A DNA stretch of 43,718 nt. Source: a virus (lineage: Duplodnaviria > Caudoviricetes). A program made the position numbers and the translations under genes. Under the pieces are notes generated by a model, which was not told the DNA's origin, searched no databases, and worked only from the letters and a program-made list of their open reading frames with translations. Below are positions 28,487-35,560 of the stretch, piece by piece. How positions within the stretch are numbered: position 1 is the first letter of the stretch; every line of letters begins with the position of its first letter. The stretch is from IMG/VR virus record IMGVR_UViG_3300020045_002595, positions 1 to 43,718 of that record; one strand, 5' to 3'.

Positions 28487-28862
28487 TAGCCAGCCAGCTA
28501 TACAAACAGACAGAAAGGGAGACAGTATGATACTTAAAATCAAAGCAAACAATCCAGTTGCAACTGAATCATGGCGTTTTTTTGAAAATGTAGAAGGTTT
28601 ACATTACTCAAAATATCAATTTAGCCATTTAGCTTTTGAACGCAACAGAACAATCCCAGAAGATGTTCAAGAAATACACATGATGGAAGATCGCCCCTGT
28701 TGCGAAAATGGCGACAACAACGGGCATGGTGAGACGTTAGAATGTTGTTTTTATGCTGAAAATTTAGGTGCAGTACATCTTTACTGCAATACACAAGCAT
28801 ATTTGCTTAATGACAACGGCAAAACAATAGAGCGGCTTATTTAACTACTAGCTGGCTGGCTA
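28487..28862. repeat. perfect 14-bp inverted repeat enclosing ORF 28527-28844
   Basis: TAGCCAGCCAGCTA (28487-28500) and TAGCTGGCTGGCTA (28849-28862). Confidence 0.95.
28527..28844 (+). CDS. hypothetical phage protein (105 aa, C-terminal AYLLNDNGKTIERL motif)
   Basis: SD GGGAG; the C-terminal motif is familiar from phage hypothetical proteins. Confidence 0.8.
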   Translation: MILKIKANNPVATESWRFFENVEGLHYSKYQFSHLAFERNRTIPEDVQEIHMMEDRPCCENGDNNGHGETLECCFYAENLGAVHLYCNTQAYLLNDNGKTIERLI

Positions 28863-28880
28863 AAAGGTAATATATGAAAA

Positions 28881-29090
28881 GACCCAACGGTGATGGGTAA
28901 TGATTGACCCAACAGAATCATAACGGGAATATCGGGCCATGCAGGGGCGAAAGCGTAAGTCTGTATGGTTGCCCGTTAAATAATAGCGGTGTCCTCTAAA
29001 ACTATCGGCCTCGTGGTGCCTTATAGGACAGGATGAGGGGCGCAAGTAGCCGAGCCGCTAAAAACAATTAAAACGCCTCCCCTCTGGCGT
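28881..29090 (+). ncRNA. candidate structured non-coding RNA
   Basis: Successive stems found by eye, including a GAAA tetraloop, G-U pairs valid on the + strand and crossing helices; no credible ORF. Confidence 0.5.
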
Positions 29091-29094
29091 TCGT

Positions 29095-29151
29095 AACCCC
29101 ATGCCGCCTTACCTCCTTGGCGAATATAATTGCATGGGGTTCTTTTTCTTT
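29095..29151 (+). terminator. terminator-like stem with a large loop and U-tract
   Basis: AACCCCATGC/GCATGGGGTT followed by CTTTTTCTTT. Confidence 0.65.
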
Positions 29152-29152
29152 A

Positions 29153-29181
29153 TTGACTAAATCGGCTGTTTTTGGTATATT
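29153..29181 (+). promoter_or_regulatory. putative sigma70 promoter
   Basis: TTGACT-17 bp-TATATT with an extended TG. Confidence 0.7.
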
Positions 29182-29186
29182 TATTG

Positions 29187-29313
29187 TGCCAAGATATGAT
29201 TAGTCGTAAACTACTATAGCAATTTTCAGCCGTTTGAGGCTGGCAGAAAAACCCTCTGAAACCCTTTGACTTCTACGTATCTTGGCGGATCGTAAAACTC
29301 AGAGGGTTTTTTT
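29187..29313 (+). promoter_or_regulatory. structured 5' leader / attenuator candidate 1
   Basis: 13-bp stem 29247-29259/29299-29311 with U-tract; loop segment 29276-29286 is complementary to the 5' end 29188-29198. Confidence 0.65.
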
Positions 29314-29331
29314 GTATCAAAAGGAGTTTTT

Positions 29332-29580
29332 ATGTCATTCAAACGATGTACCCTCCACAAAACCCACCTTGAACCTCTCCAATACTGGCTAAGAGAAATA
29401 AAACAAATTCCTTATCGTGATGGAAAAGGTGATTATCAAGTATTACAAATACTAACTGATAGTTATGGATGGCAAGTTGTATTCCGCAAAGCAGACATGC
29501 CAGAGCATTTTAGCGTAAACGAAAAGCTGATGCCATTAGTTGATGAATTTTACCGTTATAGGAAGAATGTAGGACTTTAA
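29332..29580 (+). CDS. hypothetical phage protein (82 aa)
   Basis: SD AAGGAG; YRDGKGDYQVLQI motif. Confidence 0.8.
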   Translation: MSFKRCTLHKTHLEPLQYWLREIKQIPYRDGKGDYQVLQILTDSYGWQVVFRKADMPEHFSVNEKLMPLVDEFYRYRKNVGL

Positions 29581-29587
29581 TAGGTTT

Positions 29588-29910
29588 TCGGCCCGTACGG
29601 CTGGGGCCTTGGCAAACAATACGGCGATTAATACCGGTTAAGGGTTATCGGCTTGACATAGTAGTTGGCAAGATTCGGGGGGCCTTATAACCCCAGGCCC
29701 CGAAATGGTTGGGAATAAGCCCCAGCACCACGGATAAACGGCCCCAATGTGAGATTTTCACCCCTGCGTTTTCACCGAGCGTTCAAAATCGGTAGCCGAT
29801 ATATCCCGAATTTAGTCTTTAGTAGCTTAACCATCATTTGCTTGTAATTTAAAAGGCATTGATCGGTTCCCTCACTCTAGGGGGTTACTATGCCCAAAAT
29901 CTTTTAAAGC
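29588..29910 (+). ncRNA. candidate structured non-coding element (strand uncertain)
   Basis: About 330 nt without a substantial ORF, with several 7-8 bp long-range complementary segments. Confidence 0.4.
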
Positions 29911-29947
29911 CCATCTTGTAAAAAATACCATACTGAAAAATAAATAC

Positions 29948-29980
29948 TTGCAATTGTATTTTATTATGATAAGCTATGAT
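29948..29980 (+). promoter_or_regulatory. putative early promoter
   Basis: AT-rich UP-like tract, TTGCAA-16 bp-TAAGCT with TG, and nearby TATGAT boxes. Confidence 0.5.
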
Positions 29981-30030
29981 TATCTTGTGGATAGATTAAA
30001 CAAGAGCAACTTAAAAAAGGAGGTAATAAC

Positions 30031-30168
30031 TTGAAACAGCTAACATGCAAAAGATGTAAAAAGTCATGGATACCAAGGACTGCAAAGCCCGTACAGTGTC
30101 CGCATTGCAAAAGCCCTTACTGGAACAGGAGCAAAAAGGAAGTAGTAGACAAGAAGGGGGGAGCATGA
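30031..30168 (+). CDS. small Zn-ribbon protein (45 aa), possible regulator
   Basis: SD AAGGAGGT plus TTG start; MKQLTCKRCKKSWIPRTAKPVQCPHCKSPYWN; not in the ORF track. Confidence 0.8.
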   Translation: MKQLTCKRCKKSWIPRTAKPVQCPHCKSPYWNRSKKEVVDKKGGA

Positions 30169-30296
30169 CATTTATTGATATTTTACTTGGTGTTTGTTTG
30201 TTTTTCATTGCCGGAGTCTTGTTAATGGTTATCGGTGGTGTGATGGTTGTAACTGCTGATAGGATATTAGACAAGATTATTAAGATCAAGGACTAA
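30165..30296 (+). CDS. small membrane protein (43 aa)
   Basis: ATGA overlap, SD GGGGGAG, one long hydrophobic helix. Confidence 0.65.
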   Translation: MTFIDILLGVCLFFIAGVLLMVIGGVMVVTADRILDKIIKIKD

Positions 30297-30308
30297 AGGA
30301 GGCGACCA

Positions 30309-30346
30309 GTGATTGAGGCAAGAGCGGAAGAGTGGCTAAAAAACGA
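30309..30346 (+). pseudogene. 5' fragment of a gene interrupted by the ISL3 element
   Basis: SD AAGGAGG plus GTG; MIEARAEEWLKNE joins in frame to SDCYYSK... after removing the IS and one target copy. Confidence 0.85.
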
Positions 30347-30350
30347 GGGT

Positions 30351-30471
30351 ATTCGTAAAAAGTCGTTGATTAATGATTTTAATTCCTTCCTGTAATTATG
30401 TTTATAATTCGTAAAAAGTTGTTGACAGCTTACTTATGTAATGTTACTGTTAAATCGTAATAAGTCGTTGA
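30351..30471. repeat. three copies of the IR-derived motif TCGTAAWAAGTYGTTGA at the left end of the IS
   Basis: Copies at 30351-30369, 30407-30425 and 30453-30471. Confidence 0.9.
30422..30450 (+). promoter_or_regulatory. IS-internal sigma70 promoter
   Basis: TTGACA-17 bp-TACTGT, overlapping repeat copy 2. Confidence 0.65.
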
Positions 30472-30492
30472 CAACAAATACGGAGGATTACC

Positions 30493-30648
30493 ATGAAAGT
30501 TCCTAGTCACCTTAAAAAGAGCAGTTGGACAAGTTGCCCTGAGTGCGATTCCAAGAATGTTGACCGTGACAAAGAAACTAACCTTGATGGTGACTGCAAC
30601 TGCATGGATTGTGGTTTTATCTGGCAGATGTATGTCGAGAGGAGATAA
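30493..30648 (+). CDS. IS passenger: Zn-ribbon protein (51 aa)
   Basis: SD GGAGG; CPEC...CMDCGFIW; translated by hand. Confidence 0.75.
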   Translation: MKVPSHLKKSSWTSCPECDSKNVDRDKETNLDGDCNCMDCGFIWQMYVERR

Positions 30649-30651
30649 GTC

Positions 30652-30993
30652 ATGAAATTTTACGATATCAATCAAAAAACCCCTAAGAATATGCAAGATT
30701 GCGTAATTAAAGAGAAGTTCGGAAAGCGTATCCAGATCTTTTATCATCCACAGACCTGGTGGGATGACAGCAAATTTATGTGCCACCCCAACGTAATTGC
30801 ATGGGCACCCGTCCCCGAGCACGCAGGTATTAACCCAAAAGGATGGCGTAGTGAATTTTGGGGAGACAGTCTCCCGTCCCAAAGTTGTTGCTGTTTGGTA
30901 TGTACTGATAAAAACAAAATAGTAAAATATGCATATTTTCACGATGGTCGGTTTCTGGGGCATCCGGATGTAATAGCGTTCATGGAAATTTAA
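30652..30993 (+). CDS. IS passenger: tandem DUF551-like protein
   Basis: Two similar halves ending HPNVIAWAPVP and HPDVIAFMEI. Confidence 0.65.
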   Translation: MKFYDINQKTPKNMQDCVIKEKFGKRIQIFYHPQTWWDDSKFMCHPNVIAWAPVPEHAGINPKGWRSEFWGDSLPSQSCCCLVCTDKNKIVKYAYFHDGRFLGHPDVIAFMEI

Positions 30994-31008
30994 CGAATAC
31001 CGTGATAC

Positions 31009-31041
31009 AAGGGGGATAGTAAACTCACTATCCCCTCTTTT
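31009..31041 (+). terminator. terminator hairpin between the passenger genes and the transposase
   Basis: GGGGGATAGT-aaactc-ACTATCCCCT followed by CTTTT. Confidence 0.7.
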
Positions 31042-31053
31042 GGAGCCACTGAA

Positions 31054-32370
31054 ATGACCAACATACTCAACTTCGATGCCTATCACGTAACGTCTGTCAA
31101 AGAGACTGACCACGATTACCATGTTTATGCCGAGACCGTGAAACCGCCTAAGATGTGTCTTTCTTGTGGTAGCGAAGACCTTGTTGGCGGTGGCCGACAG
31201 GAAATACTCATAAGGGATTTGCTGATCCATGCTAAGCGTGTGGCTATTTATGTTTCTGCTCGTAGGTTGCGCTGCCGAGATTGCAACAAAACTTTCACTG
31301 AACAACTGCCCGGCGTTTCTGATGGCAAACGGATGACTGCCAGGCTTTATAACTGGATAGCTGACCAATCCCTTAAACGCTCGTTTACCAGTATCGCAGA
31401 AGACGTTGGCTGTACCGAGGGAACCATTAGAGGTGTATTCAGAGAGTATGTTGAACACCTTGAACGCTCCGTAATATTCGAGACTCCGGAATGGATGGGA
31501 GTCGATGAAATCCACATCATCAAAAAGCCTCGTTTTGTCGTGTCTAATATCGAGCACAACAAGATCGTCAACATCCTTTCTGACCGAAACAAACCTACAG
31601 TCGTAAACTACCTTTTTAAGCTCCCTAATAGGGACAGAATCAAATGTGTAACCATGGATATGTGGTTGCCATATAAAGACGCTGTAAGGGCTGTTTTGCC
31701 CTCTGCTGTAATTGTCGCCGACAAGTTTCATGTGGTTAGGATGGCTAACAAGTCCCTTGAAGATGTTCGCAAGTCTATACGGGCCGATCTGACTACTAAG
31801 CAACGCAGAGGACTTATGCACGACCGCTTTTTCCTTTTGAAACGTGAAGCTGAATTGAAGCCGTTCGAGCGATTGACACTGGAGTCTTGGACGCGAAACT
31901 TTCCTCTGCTTGGCGAAGCCTACCAAGCCAAAGAAGAGTTTTTCAGAATCTACGACCATTGCGACATTGGGCCTGCTATTGCGTCCTACAACGCTTGGGT
32001 AAACGGACTCTCTCCGGCTGCTGCGCTGGCGTTTAAACCGCTTATTACTGCGGTCAATAACTGGCATACTGAGGTTTTCGCTTACTTTGATCATCCTGTC
32101 ACCAATGCCTATACTGAGAGTCTCAATAACTTAATCCGGTGCATCAATCGTGTTGGCCGTGGTTATTCATTTGAAGCTCTGAGAGCCAAGATTTTATTTA
32201 CCAAAGGTGCCCATAAAGTTGTTAAGCAAGCACCCAAATTTGAACGACGTGACCCTAATTCCTTTAGTAAAATGGCTTACTACTCACCAACAGAAACAAC
32301 CGGTTCAACCATCAACTACGGAGTGGATACATCAACACTCTTGCAACTACTTGAAGAGGGTAAAGCTTAA
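31054..32370 (+). CDS. tnpA: ISL3-family DDE transposase
   Basis: Zn finger (CLSCG...CRDC), MGVDE, TMDMW, ADKFHVV and TNAYTESLN motifs. Confidence 0.97.
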   Translation: MTNILNFDAYHVTSVKETDHDYHVYAETVKPPKMCLSCGSEDLVGGGRQEILIRDLLIHAKRVAIYVSARRLRCRDCNKTFTEQLPGVSDGKRMTARLYNWIADQSLKRSFTSIAEDVGCTEGTIRGVFREYVEHLERSVIFETPEWMGVDEIHIIKKPRFVVSNIEHNKIVNILSDRNKPTVVNYLFKLPNRDRIKCVTMDMWLPYKDAVRAVLPSAVIVADKFHVVRMANKSLEDVRKSIRADLTTKQRRGLMHDRFFLLKREAELKPFERLTLESWTRNFPLLGEAYQAKEEFFRIYDHCDIGPAIASYNAWVNGLSPAAALAFKPLITAVNNWHTEVFAYFDHPVTNAYTESLNNLIRCINRVGRGYSFEALRAKILFTKGAHKVVKQAPKFERRDPNSFSKMAYYSPTETTGSTINYGVDTSTLLQLLEEGKA

Positions 32371-32586
32371 ATGCTTAAACACAACTTTTTACGAATACCC
32401 AAAAACGAAAGCGATTGTTATTATAGCAAAAGTGGATGCAGTAACACGGCGCAGATTATCCGCGACCTTCTCTCCGAGAACCGGCGCATGAGGGAGGCGT
32501 TAGAAAAGAGACGAGTTAGATCAACTCCGCCAACTAGCATGATAACAGAGATATATGAGATATCTACAAAAGCATTGGAGGATTAA
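32371..32586 (+). CDS. 3' part of the interrupted phage gene, fused to 10 IS-encoded codons
   Basis: ATG lies inside the IS right end, in frame with the phage gene remainder. Confidence 0.6.
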   Translation: MLKHNFLRIPKNESDCYYSKSGCSNTAQIIRDLLSENRRMREALEKRRVRSTPPTSMITEIYEISTKALED

Positions 32587-32976
32587 ATGAGCTTGGCTGA
32601 CTTTTACTCAGACGAAATACAAAGAATAGGTGACGCAATAGGGCTTAAGGGCCGGTTTAAGATTGATTGGGGCACTGACGATATTATTAATATTGCAGCC
32701 CCTGAACCAGAACCGCCGCAGACCGAAACGGTGGAGGTTAAGCGGTATTTGCATTTGCACGATGATGGTTCTACCCGATATATTACAGACAACCAAAACA
32801 TAGGTATTAGTTCTGATATTATTGTCGAACTTACCGGCAGTTACCAAAAGCCAATCAAGCCAAAGGTCAAGCGCAGAGAAGAAGTAGAAATAATCCACGG
32901 GGGGCTTAAACTGTCTGATGAATTAAGCAAAATGAGTTTGCATAAAGTCAAATTTTTTGCCGAATGGGTGGATTAA
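32587..32976 (+). CDS. hypothetical protein
   Basis: SD GGAGG; abuts its neighbours. Confidence 0.7.
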   Translation: MSLADFYSDEIQRIGDAIGLKGRFKIDWGTDDIINIAAPEPEPPQTETVEVKRYLHLHDDGSTRYITDNQNIGISSDIIVELTGSYQKPIKPKVKRREEVEIIHGGLKLSDELSKMSLHKVKFFAEWVD

Positions 32977-33177
32977 ATGACACTCTACGAAATTAAATCA
33001 GAAATACGCAAGCTGTACCCGCTGGATGGTAATATCAAGGTAAGCCATGTGCTACAAGACGGCCTACCGGAAAGCTGGTCGGGCTTCGTGGCAGACACAA
33101 CAAACACTGATTTTGTCGCTCAGTGCCATTTTGCAACAAGTCCAGAGAGGTTATTGAAATCACTTAAACAAGGGTAG
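32977..33177 (+). CDS. hypothetical protein
   Basis: Abuts the upstream stop. Confidence 0.65.
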   Translation: MTLYEIKSEIRKLYPLDGNIKVSHVLQDGLPESWSGFVADTTNTDFVAQCHFATSPERLLKSLKQG

Positions 33178-33196
33178 TTAAAACAAGGGGGATGAG

Positions 33197-33598
33197 ATGA
33201 ATTTTAGTACACCGTTAGACTATATCAAAGAGGCAGCAGAAGCGACACTTAAACAGCTTCATTTAGTGGATGCAATTAAGGATTTAGAGATTCCAGGGCG
33301 TTTTGTTTTTTCACCTCCAACAAGTAGCAGACTTTGTGTAAGAAGCCTCAAAGAATTCCATGAGGCCCGAACTATATTGCGGCGTGAATTTGGATGGACT
33401 GACCATATTAATAGCAAGTTTTATTCTAGTGGGGAGATTATTGTAACTTATAAACCAAGTGCAGACGTTAAACTCCCTATTCCTTTTGACTTATGGGTAG
33501 AATCTCCACCTGAATCATTTCCAACAGAATTGTTAGATGGTTGTATTTTGCAAGAAACAGGGACAAAAAATTATACAATTGTTTGTCAAATAGACTAG
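33197..33598 (+). CDS. hypothetical protein
   Basis: SD AGGGGG; operon packing. Confidence 0.7.
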   Translation: MNFSTPLDYIKEAAEATLKQLHLVDAIKDLEIPGRFVFSPPTSSRLCVRSLKEFHEARTILRREFGWTDHINSKFYSSGEIIVTYKPSADVKLPIPFDLWVESPPESFPTELLDGCILQETGTKNYTIVCQID

Positions 33599-33607
33599 GG
33601 GGATTTT

Positions 33608-34309
33608 ATGAACGAGGTACAGGTGATAGACAATAGGGCAGTAACGCCAATGGATTTGATAGCCAGGGCGCAAGCATCAAATGCCAGTATAGAGCAGATG
33701 TCTCAGTTGTTTGAATTACAGTTGAGATATGAGGCAAATGAGGAAAGAAAAGCATATAACGTGGCTATGTCAGCTTTTAGAAGTTCATGCCCTGATATTG
33801 CCAAAACAAGAAAAGGCCATAATGGGAAATATGCTGGTCTTGCTGAAACTATCCAAGTTATTAATCCAGTACTTGCAAGGAACGGACTTTCTCATCAGTG
33901 GAAAACTGAACAGGCTGATAGTGGAGTTAAGGTCACTTGTATAGTCACGCACGTTTTGGGACATTCAGAACAGACCACATTGGCCGCAGCAGGTGACAAA
34001 TCAGGAGGCAAGACAGACATACACGCTCTTGCTTCTACAATATCATATCTTGAACGGTATACGCTCTTTGCTATGTTGGGGCTTGCAGGGCAGGAAATGG
34101 ACGATGACGCAGCCGCAGCAGGTAAAAAAACCGATGATGCACCACGTATCACAGAGCGGCAATACTTGGACTTACTTGCTTTGATATCCGAAGTTGGGGC
34201 AAACGAACAGAGTTTTAACACCTATTACAAAATCAATGATGTTGCTGAATTGCCTTTATCAAAATATGAAGCCGCCGTAAAAGGGCTTGAAATGAAGCGA
34301 GGTAAATAA
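33608..34309 (+). CDS. erf: ERF-family ssDNA annealing protein
   Basis: KYAGLAETI...LARNGLS, HVLGHSE and ASTISYLERYTL motifs; paired with an exonuclease. Confidence 0.9.
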   Translation: MNEVQVIDNRAVTPMDLIARAQASNASIEQMSQLFELQLRYEANEERKAYNVAMSAFRSSCPDIAKTRKGHNGKYAGLAETIQVINPVLARNGLSHQWKTEQADSGVKVTCIVTHVLGHSEQTTLAAAGDKSGGKTDIHALASTISYLERYTLFAMLGLAGQEMDDDAAAAGKKTDDAPRITERQYLDLLALISEVGANEQSFNTYYKINDVAELPLSKYEAAVKGLEMKRGK

Positions 34310-34953
34310 TGTATCCATGTGGCAAAATATACAGAGATATTGAACAAGGTCAACCGGAATGGTTTCAAATGCGTTTAGGCAAGATTACAGCCTCAAAAAT
34401 AGCCGATGTAATGAGCAAAGGTAGAGGCAATGCAGAAGCCACAGGGGTGCGGAATTATCGCGCACAGCTTGTTTGCGAACGCTTGACCGGTACAGTTGAA
34501 GAAACTTATACAAATGGCGCAATGCAAAGAGGTATCGAACTGGAACCACTTGCCCGTTCCTGCTATGAGTTTATCAAGGGTGTTTCTGTTGAGCAAGTTG
34601 CTTTTGTAGACCATCCATCAATACGGCTGTCGGGTGCCAGTCCGGACGGGCTTGTAAATGATGATGGTAACCTTGAGATTAAATGCCCGAATACTGCAAC
34701 ACATATTGAGTATTTGCTAGGCGGCAAGCCTCCATCCCAATACATACCGCAAATGATGTGGCAAATGGCCTGTACTGGCAGAAGCTGGACGGACTTTGTT
34801 AGCTATGACCCACGATTGCCAGAAGACTTGCAATTGTTTATTGTTCGGCTTGACCGTGATGACAAGATAATTGCAGATATGGAGGCGGCTGTAATTGACT
34901 TTAATGATTCTGTTGACAAGATGATATTAGATTTGAAAGCAATACGGCCATGA
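34309..34953 (+). CDS. YqaJ/lambda-type exonuclease
   Basis: EWFQMRLGKITAS, GASPDGLV, EIKCP and Y.PQMMWQM motifs. Confidence 0.95.
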   Translation: MYPCGKIYRDIEQGQPEWFQMRLGKITASKIADVMSKGRGNAEATGVRNYRAQLVCERLTGTVEETYTNGAMQRGIELEPLARSCYEFIKGVSVEQVAFVDHPSIRLSGASPDGLVNDDGNLEIKCPNTATHIEYLLGGKPPSQYIPQMMWQMACTGRSWTDFVSYDPRLPEDLQLFIVRLDRDDKIIADMEAAVIDFNDSVDKMILDLKAIRP

Positions 34954-35402
34954 AGCAAAAGATAATCATATCATCGGAAGAACTCAGAAAACGGGCTTTA
35001 GTGGTTATTCAAGCTTTGCCGCTAGAGCCTGTTTTAGAGGTTGTAATCAGGGAGTACAAGAAAGACCGCTCAAGTTCACAAAATGCTCTGTATTGGCAGT
35101 GGTTGACAATCATAGGCAATGAGCTAGGGGAAACAAAAGAAGAGTTGCATGAGCAGTATAAAGGTAAATTCCTTGTCAGTATTTACGAACGTGATGATCT
35201 TGATTATGCGGAAATGTTGCAAACGCTCCGAGATGTTTACCGTGAAGGAATGAGGGACAAGGCGTTAAGCTTGCGTAAAAAAATTGTTGCTCTGACTTCC
35301 ACTACCACGGCCACTGTTGTTCAAATGACGGAATATCTACAAGCAATTGACCACGATGCAGCTAGTATGTCGATATATTTGCCGCATCCAGACGACTATT
35401 AA
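34950..35402 (+). CDS. ninB: NinB-family recombination protein
   Basis: RSSSQNALYWQWL and STTTATVVQMTEYL motifs. Confidence 0.8.
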   Translation: MKQKIIISSEELRKRALVVIQALPLEPVLEVVIREYKKDRSSSQNALYWQWLTIIGNELGETKEELHEQYKGKFLVSIYERDDLDYAEMLQTLRDVYREGMRDKALSLRKKIVALTSTTTATVVQMTEYLQAIDHDAASMSIYLPHPDDY

Positions 35403-35413
35403 AGGGGGAGAGG

Positions 35414-35560
35414 ATGAAAACAGAACACGACATAACTTGTTATGCTCCAAAAGGATGTATTGAACCAGAGAAGAACCAAATTGATGAATGTGTTTGCGAT
35501 AAATGCAAATATAATCTTTGTACTTGTGAAGATTGTGATGCTAAACGTAGGGCAGTATGA
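35414..35560 (+). CDS. Cys-rich small protein (48 aa)
   Basis: SD GGGGGAGAGG; ATGA overlap with ninG; eight Cys. Confidence 0.55.
   Translation: MKTEHDITCYAPKGCIEPEKNQIDECVCDKCKYNLCTCEDCDAKRRAV

Larger units (their letters stand above)
30347..32400 (+). mobile_element. ISL3-family element (2054 bp) with two passenger genes
   Basis: Terminal IRs GGGTATTCGTAAAAAGT (30347-30363 and 32384-32400); 8-bp direct repeat AAAAACGA at 30339-30346 and 32401-32408; ISL3 transposase. Confidence 0.97.

Noticed and set aside
29600-29730. tRNA or tmRNA gene
   Set aside because: An acceptor-like stem and ACCA are present, but there is no T-loop or D-loop consensus and no tag frame; kept only as a candidate ncRNA
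20335-30030. Diversity-generating retroelement as in BPP-1, or a retron
   Set aside because: No reverse transcriptase motifs and no template/variable repeat pair seen
30066-30164. N-terminal part of the 76-aa ORF-track call
   Set aside because: It overlaps the better-supported Zn-ribbon gene; the real start is probably 30165
30430-32094. 554-aa minus-strand ORF inside the IS
   Set aside because: It is codon-aligned with all three sense genes, which share one frame. It stays open because they avoid TTA/CTA/TCA codons, and it has no protein-like motifs, so it is a shadow ORF.
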